DNA of 64,000 nt from Octopus sinensis (Eukaryota), in the NCBI RefSeq assembly GCF_006345805.1, contig NC_043004.1:50716001-50780000 (forward strand), given 5' to 3'. Positions within the stretch are counted from its first letter, which is position 1; each line of letters begins with the position of its first letter. Positions 39,302 through 52,163 of this stretch are shown here, in pieces. Made by a program: the position numbers and the translations under genes. The notes below the pieces were generated by a model, which worked only from the letters and a program-made list of their open reading frames with translations, was not told where the DNA came from and did no database searches.

Positions 39302-41348
39302 TTAAATATAAAATCACATCATCAAAATCTCAAAGCTATGAGATTAATTCAAAACAATATGAATAAATAGATATTACATTTGGCAGAATAATCTGAAAAC
39401 TAAAGAACTGAACAATTTTATTGTTATGAAAGCAAGTGTTTGGATCTTAATTTTGCATGAAAATTTGGAGTTTTAAAACAGGTTTATGTCAGAACCAAGG
39501 TTGGCTTAGTCACTCTTGATTCTGGTGAAAACTGTAAAAGCTAAGAAAATTAAAGATATTTTGCATTGGCAAAAAATTAAGGTGAATAGTTGCAGGAGTT
39601 GGGTATGTTTTATAGCATGAGTTATAGCTTGTTCTTTGGTGAAATAGAGAGAAAAATAAAGTTTTTATACCACTAGCATTCGAAATCATATGGATATACT
39701 TCCTTGTGCCACTGGCTAATGTCCATATGTCTTGCTCTTTACTTAATCCTTTTGACGCTGCCTTTTGTTTCAAAATTTCGAAAATAATGGACTTTTATCA
39801 AATGGCTTTGAAAAACTGATTGGCAGAATTTGATAGATCATCAGACAGAATGTCTTGCAGTATTTATAGGATTTTTTTTTTTTTTTTGTGAGTTTAAATT
39901 TTACCATGGTCAACTTTGTATTTTATCCTCCCAGGATCGATAAAGTACCAGTCAAGTACAAGTGTCAATTTAATCAGTCCACCTCCCCTCTAAATTCCTG
40001 GTCTTCAAAACCAATTATTATCAAGGTGGCAAAATGGCATACTTATTAGTGTCAGATAGCATATTTTATGGTATTGTTCTGGTTCTTTACATTCAGAGTT
40101 CAAATCCTACCAAGGTCAGTTTTGCCTTTAATCCCTTCAGTTCCTTTAGCAGAGTCCATTCTGTCACAAGTAAGCAAGGTTTCTGATCTGAAGGCAAATT
40201 CTCTTCCTCCTCACAGAAATTCCAAAAAGTATCATGCACTGCTTTTTTTCTCCTCTGACAGAGCCCTTCCTTTTGGGCGAGTGTCCTCTGCTACAAGCTC
40301 GCACATGTACGGTTGTGTATGTTTGTGCTTCCTTGTCTTGACATGTGATAGTTTGAATTAAGCATCATTTCATACAAGCAGTGTCTTTTGTTTTTAGTCT
40401 TCTAGGAAAACATGCTTGTCCATTAAGGAAATATTAGCTTGGAAACAGATGAGGGTTGCAACGTAAAGTTCATAGAAATCTGCCTCAACAAATTCTGTTT
40501 CACCTGTTCAAGCATGCAAAATGGATGTTAAAATGGTGATGATGATAATAACTATTTGTTAGTTTCCTCTCCTTACATCTGTGGTCTTCTGCCTATGTTA
40601 TAATTAATATAATTGTGGAAATGGCTGAATTTGTAGTCATCATCATTATCATTTAATGGTGGTGTGACTGGAACTGAGAAGCTTGATAGCTGCATCAGGT
40701 TCCAGTTTAACTTGGTATGATTTCTATGACTGGATGCTCTTCCTAATGCCAACCACTCCAAGAGTGTAATGGCTGCTTTTATATGACACCAGCATTGGCC
40801 ATAACAATTTCGCTTGGCTTGATGAAAAAAAATGCCTTGGGTTTTGGGTTTAAATCTCACAGAAATCAACTTCAATTTTTATTCTTCTGGGGACAATAAA
40901 ATGAGTACTAATCATATACCGGAATTAATTTAATCAAATGATATAATGCTGCTCTACAGCTTGGGCTTTGTAGATATCAAGCTTCCCAGCTGTGTGGTTT
41001 CAGGTTCAGTCCCACTGTGCAGTACTTGGGCAGGTCTCTTGGCCAACCAAAGCCTTCCGAGTTGATTTGGTAGTTGGAAACAGAAAGAAGCCCAATATAT
41101 ATGTATGTGCCCGTGTCTTGACATCACGTGGTGGTTGTGAGCATCACTGACATACAGGCAGTGTTATTTATTTCCATTCTCTTGTGAGACACATCTTGCT
41201 TGGAATCAAGTGAAGGTTAGTAACAGGATGGGCAGCCATCTGTAGAAAGTCAACAAATTCCATTTGACCCATGCACGCTTGGAAAAGAGGACATTGGGAC
41301 GCTCATTCTGAAGGTACCCTAATGTTAATATCAGGAATTATTACTATG

Positions 41349-41667
41349 AAGTTGCATGGCTCAGTGGTTAGAGCATTCGACTCACAATCATGAGTTTGTG
41401 AGTTCGATTTCCGGTCTGGGTTGAATATGTTTTTGAGCCAGACACTCTATTTCACATTTCTCCAGTTCACTCATCTGTAGAAATGAGTTGTGATGTTACT
41501 GGTGCCAAGCTGTATCAGCCTTTGTCTTTCCCTTGGAGCACATCGGTGGCCCGGTGAATGGATGCTGGTCTTCCATAAACAACTTTGCCTAGACTTGTGC
41601 CTTGGAGGGGAACTTTCTAGGTACAATCTCATGGTCGTTCATGACCAAAAGGGGTTTTTACCTTTTA
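41349..41667 (+). mobile_element. tRNA-derived SINE family D
   Basis: tggctcagtggttag A box and gagttcgatt B box; tttcac..gctccagt.cactcagctg..aaatgagt core shared with minus copies near 47480-47775, 49465-49765 and 58100-58250. Confidence 0.8.
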
Positions 41668-42035
41668 CATTGTGTTGGGATGAAATTTGTCTTGCAAGTA
41701 TTTAGTGTCAATTTAATCAGTCTACCTCCCCTCTAAATTCCTGGTCTTAAGTGTTGACTTAATCCTTTCATTACCATATTTCTATTGATATACACTGCAT
41801 TCAGTTCAATTAATTTTGAAATTAATAAAGAATCTAGTTAGTTTTTAGAACATAAATTAATGTGAATTTTGATAAAACAGAAGGATAGTATTGCAGAACA
41901 AAGAGCTGTCTCAAGGAGGTTGGTAATAAAAGAAGTTAAGCTTTTCATCTTTCCTTATTTGATAAAGTATTACTTAAATTTATTTTCTTTGTATTGATCC
42001 TCATTAATATTTTTTTTTTCTTTTTTCTTTTTCAG

Positions 42036-43069
42036 TAACCAAGATCAAAGCAGAGCCCAGTGTAGATCCATTAACAACATATTCCACATATAACAGCCAT
42101 CATCATCACCACCACCATCATCACCAACATCACCACCACCACCATTTGAACTTACCACTGAAGTCTGTTGCTATAAAAGAGGAGACCTTGCTACTGCCAG
42201 ATCAGATCTGTAGCACTCCAATAGACCCTCCATTTTCTCGGCAGGTCAAGCCCTTTGCCAAGCTCTCACCGCTTCAACCTGTTGTTGAAAATCCCACGAA
42301 TTCTGTCATTGCCTCCCGTGTAGTGCCTTCTGCAAAATCTACAGCAGCAGTAGCAGCAACACCCCGAGAAAAAAATGTGATTGCCTCTGAGGACAGGTGC
42401 AAACGACGGCGTCGAGGAAACCTGCCAAAAGAGGCAGTTCGTGTAATGACTGATTGGCTCAAGTCGAACCGCTACAATGCGTATCCCAGTGAGGATGATA
42501 AACTGAAGATGGCGACTAGTCTGAACATAAAGCACAAACAGGTGTCAAACTGGTTCATCAACGCACGTCGTCGAAAGCTAACTCAGATCCTGCACAAGGA
42601 AGGGAAAGATTCAAAAGACTACCGGATAACCCGCAAGAAGAAAAACACAAGCCTTGACGAAGGTCGGGCAACAAGTTCAGAAACAGAAGTGTCAACAACA
42701 AACTTGAGTACTAGCAGTTACCCTTCTCCTTCCTCTTCGACATCATCAGCATCTGACGGGTCACTGGGTACAGGTGCAGTAGTGTCGGCCAAACAGCGCC
42801 GTAGAAGTGGTGGGGCACGAAACAACAGCAGCAGTTGCAATGCCCGTCATCGTCGGCAAAGTCGACTCTCTGCCATGCCACCAACGCCATGTTCTCTCAC
42901 ATCGTTCGAAGGCAACACGTCGAGTGATGATGATGATGACGACGATGAGGAGGAGGAGGAGGGGGAAGAAGTGGAAAGGAGAGGTGGGGAGCAGGGCAGA
43001 GATTTTGTAACTTTCCAACAGAGAAACTTGGAGGCCGAAGTACGGACTCTGAACTTTGAGAATCTTTGA
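42036..43069 (+). CDS. TGIF: TGIF-family TALE homeobox transcriptional repressor, main/last coding exon
   Basis: Long polypyrimidine tract and CAG acceptor ending at 42035, open frame to TGA at 43067-43069. TALE homeodomain KRRRRGNLPKEAVRVMTDWLKSNRYNAYPSEDDK...QVSNWFINARRRKL has the TGIF-type AYP loop, WFIN (I50) and the TGIF C-terminal extension (ILHKEGKDSKDYRITRK). Also His tract H9QH6, Ser-rich and acidic tracts. Confidence 0.93.
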
Positions 43070-45140
43070 AGAAAAGATCTTAACACTAACATAAACACGT
43101 TGGGGGTGAGTGGGTCTATTGAACCATTTACCACACCACAACAACAATGACATTAACAAAAAAGCCTTAACATTGGTGGGTGTAATGTATTGCAGGGGTG
43201 GGAGCAGGATCAGATCTATGAGTATTAGTTCGATGGAACTGGATTTGGTGTAAAACTCTGGGTGAGAAAAAGCATTCTTCTAACTACACCTCTCTTGTCC
43301 AACTCCATTCTGTAATATGTGTGAGTGATTTTTCACTTTTTTTTTTTTTTTTTGGTCTAGTTGTAGAGAACTGTGAACTGAAATGAATATTTAAAAATAT
43401 TTAAAAAAAAAAAAAATAAGAAAAGAAAAATGAATTACCCCACTCATTCCCGTTTCCCTTCCCCTCTTTTATATGCATACATATATATTTTGTAAAAAAA
43501 AATGAAATGGTTGTATAACAAAATAGAAGGAATCCCCACCCATCCCCTCAAAAAACTTATCAGTCTTCATCCTTCATCCCCTCTCCTCAGTCCTAATGGA
43601 AAGGACCCCAAGGTGGTATTATGATTATTATTATTACCACCACCCAAAAAATTATACACCCTTCATATAAACTCTTACCTACAGACATTTCTTAGACTCT
43701 CTCCAACATTCAATTTATTTTTTTTTTTTTAATTTTGTAAATTTTTAAAAAAATGTATACACATCTCTAAAAAAATTATTTAAAAAAAAAAACAAATTTT
43801 GGGTGAAGAAAAGCTATTGAGTCAGAAGCAAAGTTTTGTAGTGAGGTGAAAGGTCACCTTATTTTTTACACACTCCTCTCCTCAACATGTCATTTTAGTC
43901 ATCTTGGCCCAATCATTCTACCACCTGCTAGTCTACCTCTCACATCATTTATCACTGCAGGCTGAATACTATTCATTCTGATACTCTAAAAGACAAAAAA
44001 AAAAAAATTCTTATAAAACAGATTTATTTATAAAAACTTTATAACAGCAGCAAGGCAGTGAGCTGGCAGAACCATTTGTGTATGAGAGAAAAATGCTCAA
44101 CAGCTCTTCTTTATATTCTGAGTTCAAATTCTGTCATGATCAACTTCCCCCTTTCATCCTTTCAGAGTCAATAAATTGAGTACTAACGTCAGTGTAATCG
44201 ACTTTCCCCCCTCCCCTCAAAATTACTGGCATTGCAGCAAAATTAGAATGGGTTAGTAGTACTACTAAAGAGTGAAAAGGCTGCAGAATTGTTAGTGTTG
44301 GGGGCAAAAAAGATGCTTTGCAATATTTATTCCAGCTCTGCATTCTGAGTTCAAATCCTGCTGAAGTCGGCTTTCCTTTTTACTCCTCCAGGGTTGATGC
44401 ATTGACTAACCCCTCTTCCCCAGACTTCAGGTGTTGTGCCTATGCTATGCTACAAACAAAAGGGCTGTGGGCTTTCAGATTTGTAATGATATCAGAAAAA
44501 AAAAATGCTTAGCATCATTCATTCTGGCTCTTTGCATTCTGAGTTCAAGTCTTGCTGGGGCTGATCTTGCCATTCATCCTTTCAGGGTTGATGAAATCAG
44601 CTAGCCCCCTCCCCCAAAATTTCAGGCTTTGTACCTATGGTAGAAAGTATTATTACTAGAACGTTTAGTAGTTATGTCCATTTACATTGACTGTGAGCTT
44701 CATTTTGCTGTTCATTCATCAGACTTTCATAAAATGTGCTGCCAAAGTATTGTAGGTTGATCTAATTCACTTTACCCAACCACTCACTCTGGGCCCGCTG
44801 CCAAATATGTGACCTAGTGCCTATATTAAAGATCATTTTATCATAATCAACATATTAGTGTTATGTCTGCATGTTTTCATTATTTTGACCTTTTAAAAAG
44901 CACAGACCTCAAGAAAGAAACAAGGGCCTTTCTTTTACTCAGACTTATATTTTAATCTCACCTGAAACTGATGAAATTCATTTTAAGCAAAAATAAAAAA
45001 AACATTTCAATTTTTTTTTTCCACCCCATCATACCCCAGATTTTATCTTTCACTTCTCCAAGAAATATTTACTATTCAGAATTTCCTAAACAACATTAAT
45101 TTTAAGAATAATAATTTTTAATATTAATAAAAATAGACTT
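43070..45140 (+). other. Probable TGIF 3' UTR (end uncertain)
   Basis: A/T-rich sequence after the stop codon; candidate AATAAA near 44992 and 45126 followed by T-rich sequence. Confidence 0.35.
44050..44650 (+). mobile_element. Tandem decayed SINE family A copies
   Basis: Three to four ctgagttcaaat..cctttcatccttt units; another cluster at 45755-46160. Confidence 0.75.
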
Positions 45141-46950
45141 CTTTCTATTTATTTAAATTTGCTTTTCATTTATTATATTATTATATTTATACATTTTCTC
45201 TTATTGTTCGGCTTTTTTACTCTTTTAATATGTGTATGCATGTTATCGCTTTGTGATGCTCGGTGTTTAGCTCCAAGTACAAATGTTAAGGAGACAGGTG
45301 AGTCCTATCTCGTTTAAGGGTTCTTGTTATTGTTGGTCAGTCAAGGGTTATTGAAGATGTTCCTCAAACATTGATACAGTGAAGACACTGAGTCCTGTGG
45401 TTACCATATTTTCCAGCATACTAGTTGACGTGTGTGTATATAATATAAATATAGTAAACATGTGGTATCACTATTCAGGCAACATAACTATATTTCCAAA
45501 TCCTGGAATTTTTGATCTTTAAGTCTTCTTGTATAAAACAACCTACCTTTTTGGGGGCTGTAAATTTTGGTAAATTCAGAGGATACAGTGACACAAATTT
45601 CAAAGGCAACAATAAATCTTGCCGCATCACAGTTGAAATTCCTGCAGTTTGTAAGTGAAGCCTTTTAGCTGTTTTGTTGCAAAATTTCTGTTGAAATATT
45701 GTTTTTGTTTCATTTAATTTTGAAAATAATTTAGTAAAATAACTCATTAAGTTTGAGGCAAGCTGGCAGAATAGTTTGCAACCCAGGCAAAGTGCTTCAC
45801 AGCATTTTGTCCACCCTTATGTTCTGAATTCTTTTTCTGCCAGTCGACTTTGCCTTTCCTCCTTTAAGGGTCGATGTAATCAACTAGTCCTCTCCTCCAA
45901 AATTTCAGGCCTTGTGCCCTTAGTAGAACGGGATTAAGTTTAAGGAGATGAACTGGCAGAATTGTTTGCACACCATGCAAAATGCTTGGCAGCATTTTGT
46001 TCATCCTTTCTGATTTCAAATTCCGCCTAACGTCAACTTTGCCTTTCATCCTTTTCAGGGCAATAAAATGATATTACCAGTCAAGCACTGAGGTAGGTGT
46101 AATCAATGTAACCCCTCCAACAAATTGCTAGCCTTGTGCCAAAATTTGAAACCATTATCAAGGTGTTTGGAACAGGAATTAGCATGAAATATTTTGAAGG
46201 TTTTAATTCAGATCACTTTAAACAGGAAGTTTGGTCATGGAACCAGGAGCAGTCTCAGACAGTTTGATATGAAGAGTTAATTTTCTGTTACAAGGTTATC
46301 ACCTTTATCCTCCATTGAGATTTATTGCTGCTGCCCTCACATTTCCCTACTATCAGTTCCCTGCACATCACAATGCAGTTATCTTGAGCCACCATCTCTC
46401 TGTACTTGTAACTCCACATACTGTCTTATTAAGTTGCTACAACCATAACTTTTTTTTCTAGATATTGGTCTTTCCCATTTAACATGGTATAGTGAAATGT
46501 GGATAGATTTGACTGATATTTCTACCACACAAAGTGGCAATTTTAGCTGCCTTTGTTAGCTCTAGGAATTGATTTTGTGGTGGCTGCAGTCACCAGTCAG
46601 ACCTACAGAATCAAAATAATGACGGAGGCAACCAACTTGACATACAATCTGGTAAGTCACCAAATCTGCTACAGAAAGCTCAAACTTTTATTGTTCGCAT
46701 ATGTATGTATGTATATATATGAGATAACCGGCGTTGCTCGGGGTTAAAACGGCATAGCTTTTTGCTTTACTTGTTTTGGTCATGTGACTGCGGCTACGCT
46801 GGAACATCGCTTCTAGTCGAAGACATCAACCCTGGAATTTACTCTTTGTAAACCTAGAATTTATTCTATTGGTGTGTTTTGCCAAACGGCTTAGGGGACG
46901 TAAACACAGCAACATCGGTTGGCAAGCAATGGTGGGGGTACAGACACACG

Positions 46951-46983
<33 letters not shown>

Positions 46984-47825
46984 GCGTTGAGGCGCAATGG
47001 TCCAGTGGTTAGGACAGCGGAGTTGTGGTACGGATTCCCAGGCCGGTTACGCCCTGGGGTTGATATAATCGACTTAATCCGTCTGTTTGTCCTCTCTGTG
47101 TTTAGCCCCTTGTGGGTAGAAAAGAAATATATATATATAGTGTGTGTGTCGCAAATACATAGAAGTATGGGTTCGATTCTCATGCGTACGGCAAACCCTA
47201 CTTTTTTCATCGAGGGCTGATATGCCTCAATTATGTATCGGTAACCTAGCGGTTCAGCGAAAGAGACCGCTAGAATAAGTGCCCGACTTTAAACAAGTAG
47301 TAATATGGTTGATTCATTCGAATAAAGTTCTTCCAAGCGGTGTCGAATGATTACACTTTATACTACGTTGGCTTGTATGCCAAAATGTGAAGAGCGATGT
47401 TATCCACTTCAGGTTCAAATCCATTCAGAGGATCTGGACTCTGAGTTAAGTTAGGAAGAAAAATAATGACACTGCCGGTTACAACGACGAGGGTTCCTGT
47501 TGATCCTCCGACCAACGGAGCAGCCTGCTCGTGAAATTAACGAGCAAGTGGCTGAGCACTCCACAAATACGTGTTAACGCCATTCTGAGGGAGATTCAGC
47601 GGTAATAAGGTTGACCCTTTGAAATACAGGTACTACTCATTTTTGCCAGCTGAGTGGACTGGACCAACGTGAAATAGTATCTTGCTCAAGGATAACAGCA
47701 CACCACTGGGAATCGAACTCACACCTTACGATCGTGAACCGAATACCTCAATCCACTAAGCCACGCGCCTTCACTATATGTTAAGAAATAAACTGTTGCC
47801 CTACAACATCTCTTTGTAATATGAG

Positions 47826-48155
47826 TGGTGAGCTGGCAGGATCGTTAGCACGCCGGGCAAAATGCTTTATGATCTGAGTTCAAATTCCGCCACGGTCGAC
47901 TTTGCTTTTCATCCTTTCGGAGTCAATAAAAAAAAAACAGTTCCAGGTCGATGTAACCAATTTACCCCTTCTCTGAAATTGCTGGCCTAGCACAGAGTCT
48001 AAAATTTTGGGGGAAGGGGTTAGTCGGTCACATCGACCTCGAAAGGATGAAAGGCAAAGTCGACCACGGCGGAATTTGAACTCAGGACGTAAAGATAGAC
48101 GAAATGCCGCTAAGCATTTTGCCCGGCGTGTTAACGAGTCTGCCAGCTCGCCGCT
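47826..48155. mobile_element. Tail-to-tail inverted pair of SINE family A
   Basis: Plus copy 47826-47995 and minus copy 48000-48155. Confidence 0.85.
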
Positions 48156-50427
48156 TTGATATAACAAAATATTATTGTGAGAAGCTAAACAAAAGAAAGA
48201 GTATAGTGAGATGTCGGCATGGGGAAAGAAAAGAGTGAAAGAGGGAGGAGATGGCAATGAGTGATAGGAAAAGTGGAGTAGGAGGCCAAAAATTGCAGAG
48301 ATAAGATTGTGAAGAGATTGCTTCGTTAATAAATTAAATGGCGGGTGATTAGAACGCATCCATTAACTTCCAGGAAGATTAGCACATACCCAATCACTGT
48401 CTAATTGTCCCCTTAATCCCTTTATCTTAATACGAACCCCCTATTCACAAGGATTCGCAACGGACTGTTGAGATATTGTTGCTCTTAAGTAGTTTATCTT
48501 GCACCAACGTTACGACATGCACAGACATACCTGCTGGTTGATTGTGCATCGGTTGCATGTACTGACCTGCACATAGGCGCACCATGTATAGAGTGCCGTT
48601 GCGCGTGTGAGGAGGACACAGCATGGCCGAATTATTAAGAAGTTCGTTTCGCAATCACCAGTTTCGGGGTTCGCTTCTCACTGCGTGACATCATTTGGGT
48701 AAGTCTTTTATTATGGCTTCGAATAATTCCAGGCTTTGGGTATGGAATTAGGTAGACGACTGTAATCGACTATCTCCCTCCCCACAAATTTCAGGCTTTG
48801 TTTCCATAATAAAAAGGATAGATAGATCTCCGTCGGTTTCAGTTTTGGGGATTAAGTTGTTTAATCACCTAAATTACTTGCTCATTGAATCAGCATATAA
48901 GTGGTTGAATATTCCACAGATTTGCGTACCCTTAACGTAATTTTCAGGTAGAATCAGTGCGGCAATTTATGAAAAGGCCGTAGCTTTCGAATTACACGTA
49001 CAATTCATCCGATAGGGCTCTGTATAGTTTCTGTTTCTCCAGTTATGGGGTTGACTCGAGGCTTTAGAAAGTAACACTTCTCCATGACACCGCGCAACGG
49101 AATCGAAACTGAGATGTGGCTACGAAGCGAACCTCTTAAACATTCGATTATACTGCCTTGTCAATGTATGTGTTATCCTTTTCGTCGCTGGAGCACTGCT
49201 TTGAAAAAAAATTAGTGGAACGAGTCGACCCCAGTACTTTTTTTTTTTTTTTTGTAAAACCTGGTACTTACTCTGTCGGTGTCTTTTGCCGAATCACTAA
49301 GTTAGTTATGGGAATGTAAACACACCAACAATGGTTGTCAAGCGGCGATAGACAAACATGCACAAAGACACACACACACATAGGTGTCTTTTGCCGAACT
49401 TCTAAGTGACGGGTATATAAACAAACCAACATGTCAAGAGGCGGTGGGGTGACAAACCGGCACCCCATCGGTTACGACAACGAGGGTTCCAGTTGATCTG
49501 ATCAACGGAACAAGTTGCTCGTAAAATGAACGTGCAAGCGGTTAAGCACTCCACAGACACGCATACCCTTAATGTAGTTCTTCAGAGGGAATCAACATGA
49601 CACAGAATGTGACAAGGTTGTCCCTTTGAATTATATGTACAATTCATTTTTGCCTGTTGAGTGAACTGGAACAACGTGAAATAAAGTGGACACAACGCGT
49701 CGCCGGAAATCGAACTCACGACCTTGTGATCGTGAGACGATTACCCTAACCACTAAGCCACGCGTCGTGTAATATATACGACGGGCTTTTTTCAGTTTCC
49801 GTCTACCAATTCCACTGACAAGGCTTTGTTCGACCCGAGGCTATAGCAGAAGACACTTGCCCCAGGTACCACGCAGTGGAACTGAACCCGGAACCATGTG
49901 GCTGGGAATCAAACTTCTTTCAACACAGCCTCACACACACATATGAAAATGGAGCATTTTGAACGATGTTATTCATTTTCATTAAATATGTCCCAGTGAG
50001 GCAAGTCAATGCTCTAAAAAACATTATTCCCACCAAGGACAGAAAAATTCTCATGTGACGACGACAGAAAGATCTCAAATCACTTAAATGTGGAGAATTT
50101 ACTAACAGCGAAAAGGAAAAAAAAAGTACTCATTTAGGAATGTTATTCACTGAAACTAAATGTGAAGAAAATAATCTCATGATAATTTAAAGGATAAAAA
50201 GATAAGAACAGGACTGTAGAAAACAAAATTAATACCATCCCTAAATTTTATACAGGTCTACAAAGAGGGAGAAATCGTCTGTTCATGACAAAATGGAGTT
50301 CCTAGTTGAAGGAAATGACTCATGTAATGTAAAGGTAGTCAAGAGGTAAGTGAAATATTCAATAAATAAATGAATTGTCTTTCGTTACGACGTCGGTAAA
50401 TACCCTACAAATACGTACATGTATAAA

Positions 50428-50988
50428 GACGAGATAATAAGGTGACACTACATAGTTGCTGGACTAGCTAGAAACAGCGGCAAACTTCCTTTGTATCTCA
50501 CCTTGCCGTCTGATAAATTGACGAGATAACGAGTGAGACTCTTCATGGCTGTTGGATCAGCTAGAAATATCAGCAAAATCTCCCTCATGTTACACCTTAC
50601 CGTCTGATAAACTGACGAGACGTGGGAGACTTATTTGGTAATAAGACTAGCTGCAAATATTAGCAAAATATCCCTCAAATGACAACTTACCGTCTGATAA
50701 CTTGACGAGATGATGAGGAAGCACTAGCGTAGCTGTAGTGTGTGTCACCCGGGGCAGCTCTTCCATTTGCCGCTCCAGGACTCCACAAAAAAAAAACATA
50801 TTGCCTGCAGTAGACCCAAAAGTGGTGCCCCTTTAAAAGTGCCGCCCGGGGTGGACCGCGCCCCCTCCCTAGCTACGCTAGTGTGAGGGAGATTCTAAGT
50901 GATTTTTGGATCAACTAGAAGCATCATCAAAATCTCCCTCAAATTACACATTACCGGCTGGTACATAGACGATCCGAGGGAAACTCTA
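50428..50988. repeat. ~92-bp tandem repeat (about four units) interrupted by a MITE
   Basis: gacgaga...gctagaaa..cagcaaaatctccctca..accgtctgataaa units at 50428, 50520, 50614, 50704. Confidence 0.85.
50722..50883. mobile_element. hAT-type MITE
   Basis: 13-bp TIR cactagcgtagct / agctacgctagtg; 8-bp TSD tgaggaag / tgagggag. Confidence 0.85.
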
Positions 50989-51168
50989 AATCAGTAGTTT
51001 TCAACCATCTTTTTGCTTATGGACGCCTTTGATTGCCATTTTACTCTACTGGATCCCCATGGTCATTCAATGTTTTAAAAAAAGCCTGTTTTATATATAT
51101 ATAATTGTTAAAGAGGACAACAAACATCTCAAGCCATATACAATATTATTATTGGAAAAAAATTCAAA

Positions 51169-51207
51169 GTCTTACAGCTGTTTCTGGGATATTCCGTCAT
51201 CAGAGAC
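51169..51207 (-). ncRNA. Minimal type I hammerhead ribozyme motif, second family
   Basis: Reverse complement gtct-CTGATGA-cggaatatccca-GAAA-CAGCTG-TA-agac: canonical core, palindromic ACAGCTGT stem III, 4-bp stem I, imperfect stem II. Confidence 0.6.
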
Positions 51208-52034
51208 AAATAGGGAAAATGAGAATGATCTATATGAGAAAACGTCATAGATGAAGGGAGTAAAAGAATAAAAAGATGGAGAGAAATAAGAAAAAAAAGC
51301 ATAAAAGTTCACAGTTTGACTTTACGATATTGTAGAAACAAGAGCATAGGTCCATAGGTGCAATCCTGCGTAGATCTATGGAGGTTAAAATCCTGATATT
51401 GTAAATATCCAGAGAAAAAAGACGCGAACATATCAACGTTCAATAACAGAATGGTTGTGGAGGTAGCTATTAAGAGGTACAAGGAAAGAATAGAAAGAGA
51501 GGTGGGTAGAGTGAAGGAGGGGGGATTTTAGGATTGGCTTTAGGATAAAGTAAGGTGCATAGGTGTATTGTGTACGGGGTAACTGAGAAAATAAGAGAGA
51601 GGATGAGGAGGTAGAGGAAGATTGGGTAAAAAAATAGAGCAAAATGAAAGGAATTTAAAGAGAGTAGTAGGTGTCTGTGATAGTCTTAAAGTGTATAGGT
51701 GATGGGGAGGAGATCTAGTAGTAAATGCTTGTGTCCGTTCTGGCTGTGGTCAGTAGTTGTAGAGTTATTTCTAGCAATGGGGTTATGGGTGTGTAGGTAG
51801 CCGAGAATGTAGGAGCTAGTTGAATGTTAAATTATTTATGAGTGGGAGTTAGAGTTAGATATTAGGGGATTTTATTGGGTTATGGTTTTAAAATAAATTA
51901 AGGATAAATTAAAGAATTAATATTTATCTCATAAAGTGATGAAGTATAATCTTGGAGCCCTAGTAATCCGTTGCAGCACTTACCTAGCATGCCTAATCAT
52001 TTAGATCACCTGTGAACTAAACCGCCATACTTTG

Positions 52035-52065
<31 letters not shown>

Positions 52066-52089
52066 ATATATATATGTGTATATATATAT

Positions 52090-52163
<74 letters not shown>

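Larger units (their letters stand above)
38598..39407 (+). mobile_element. piggyBac-type MITE carrying two nested insertions
   Basis: TTAA|CCCTTT start; sequence colinear with the inner copy once the insertions are removed; right end decayed. Confidence 0.7.

Noticed and set aside
42266-43159. Antisense and alternative-frame ORFs overlapping the TGIF exon
   Set aside because: They are shadows of the real coding exon with no recognisable domains.
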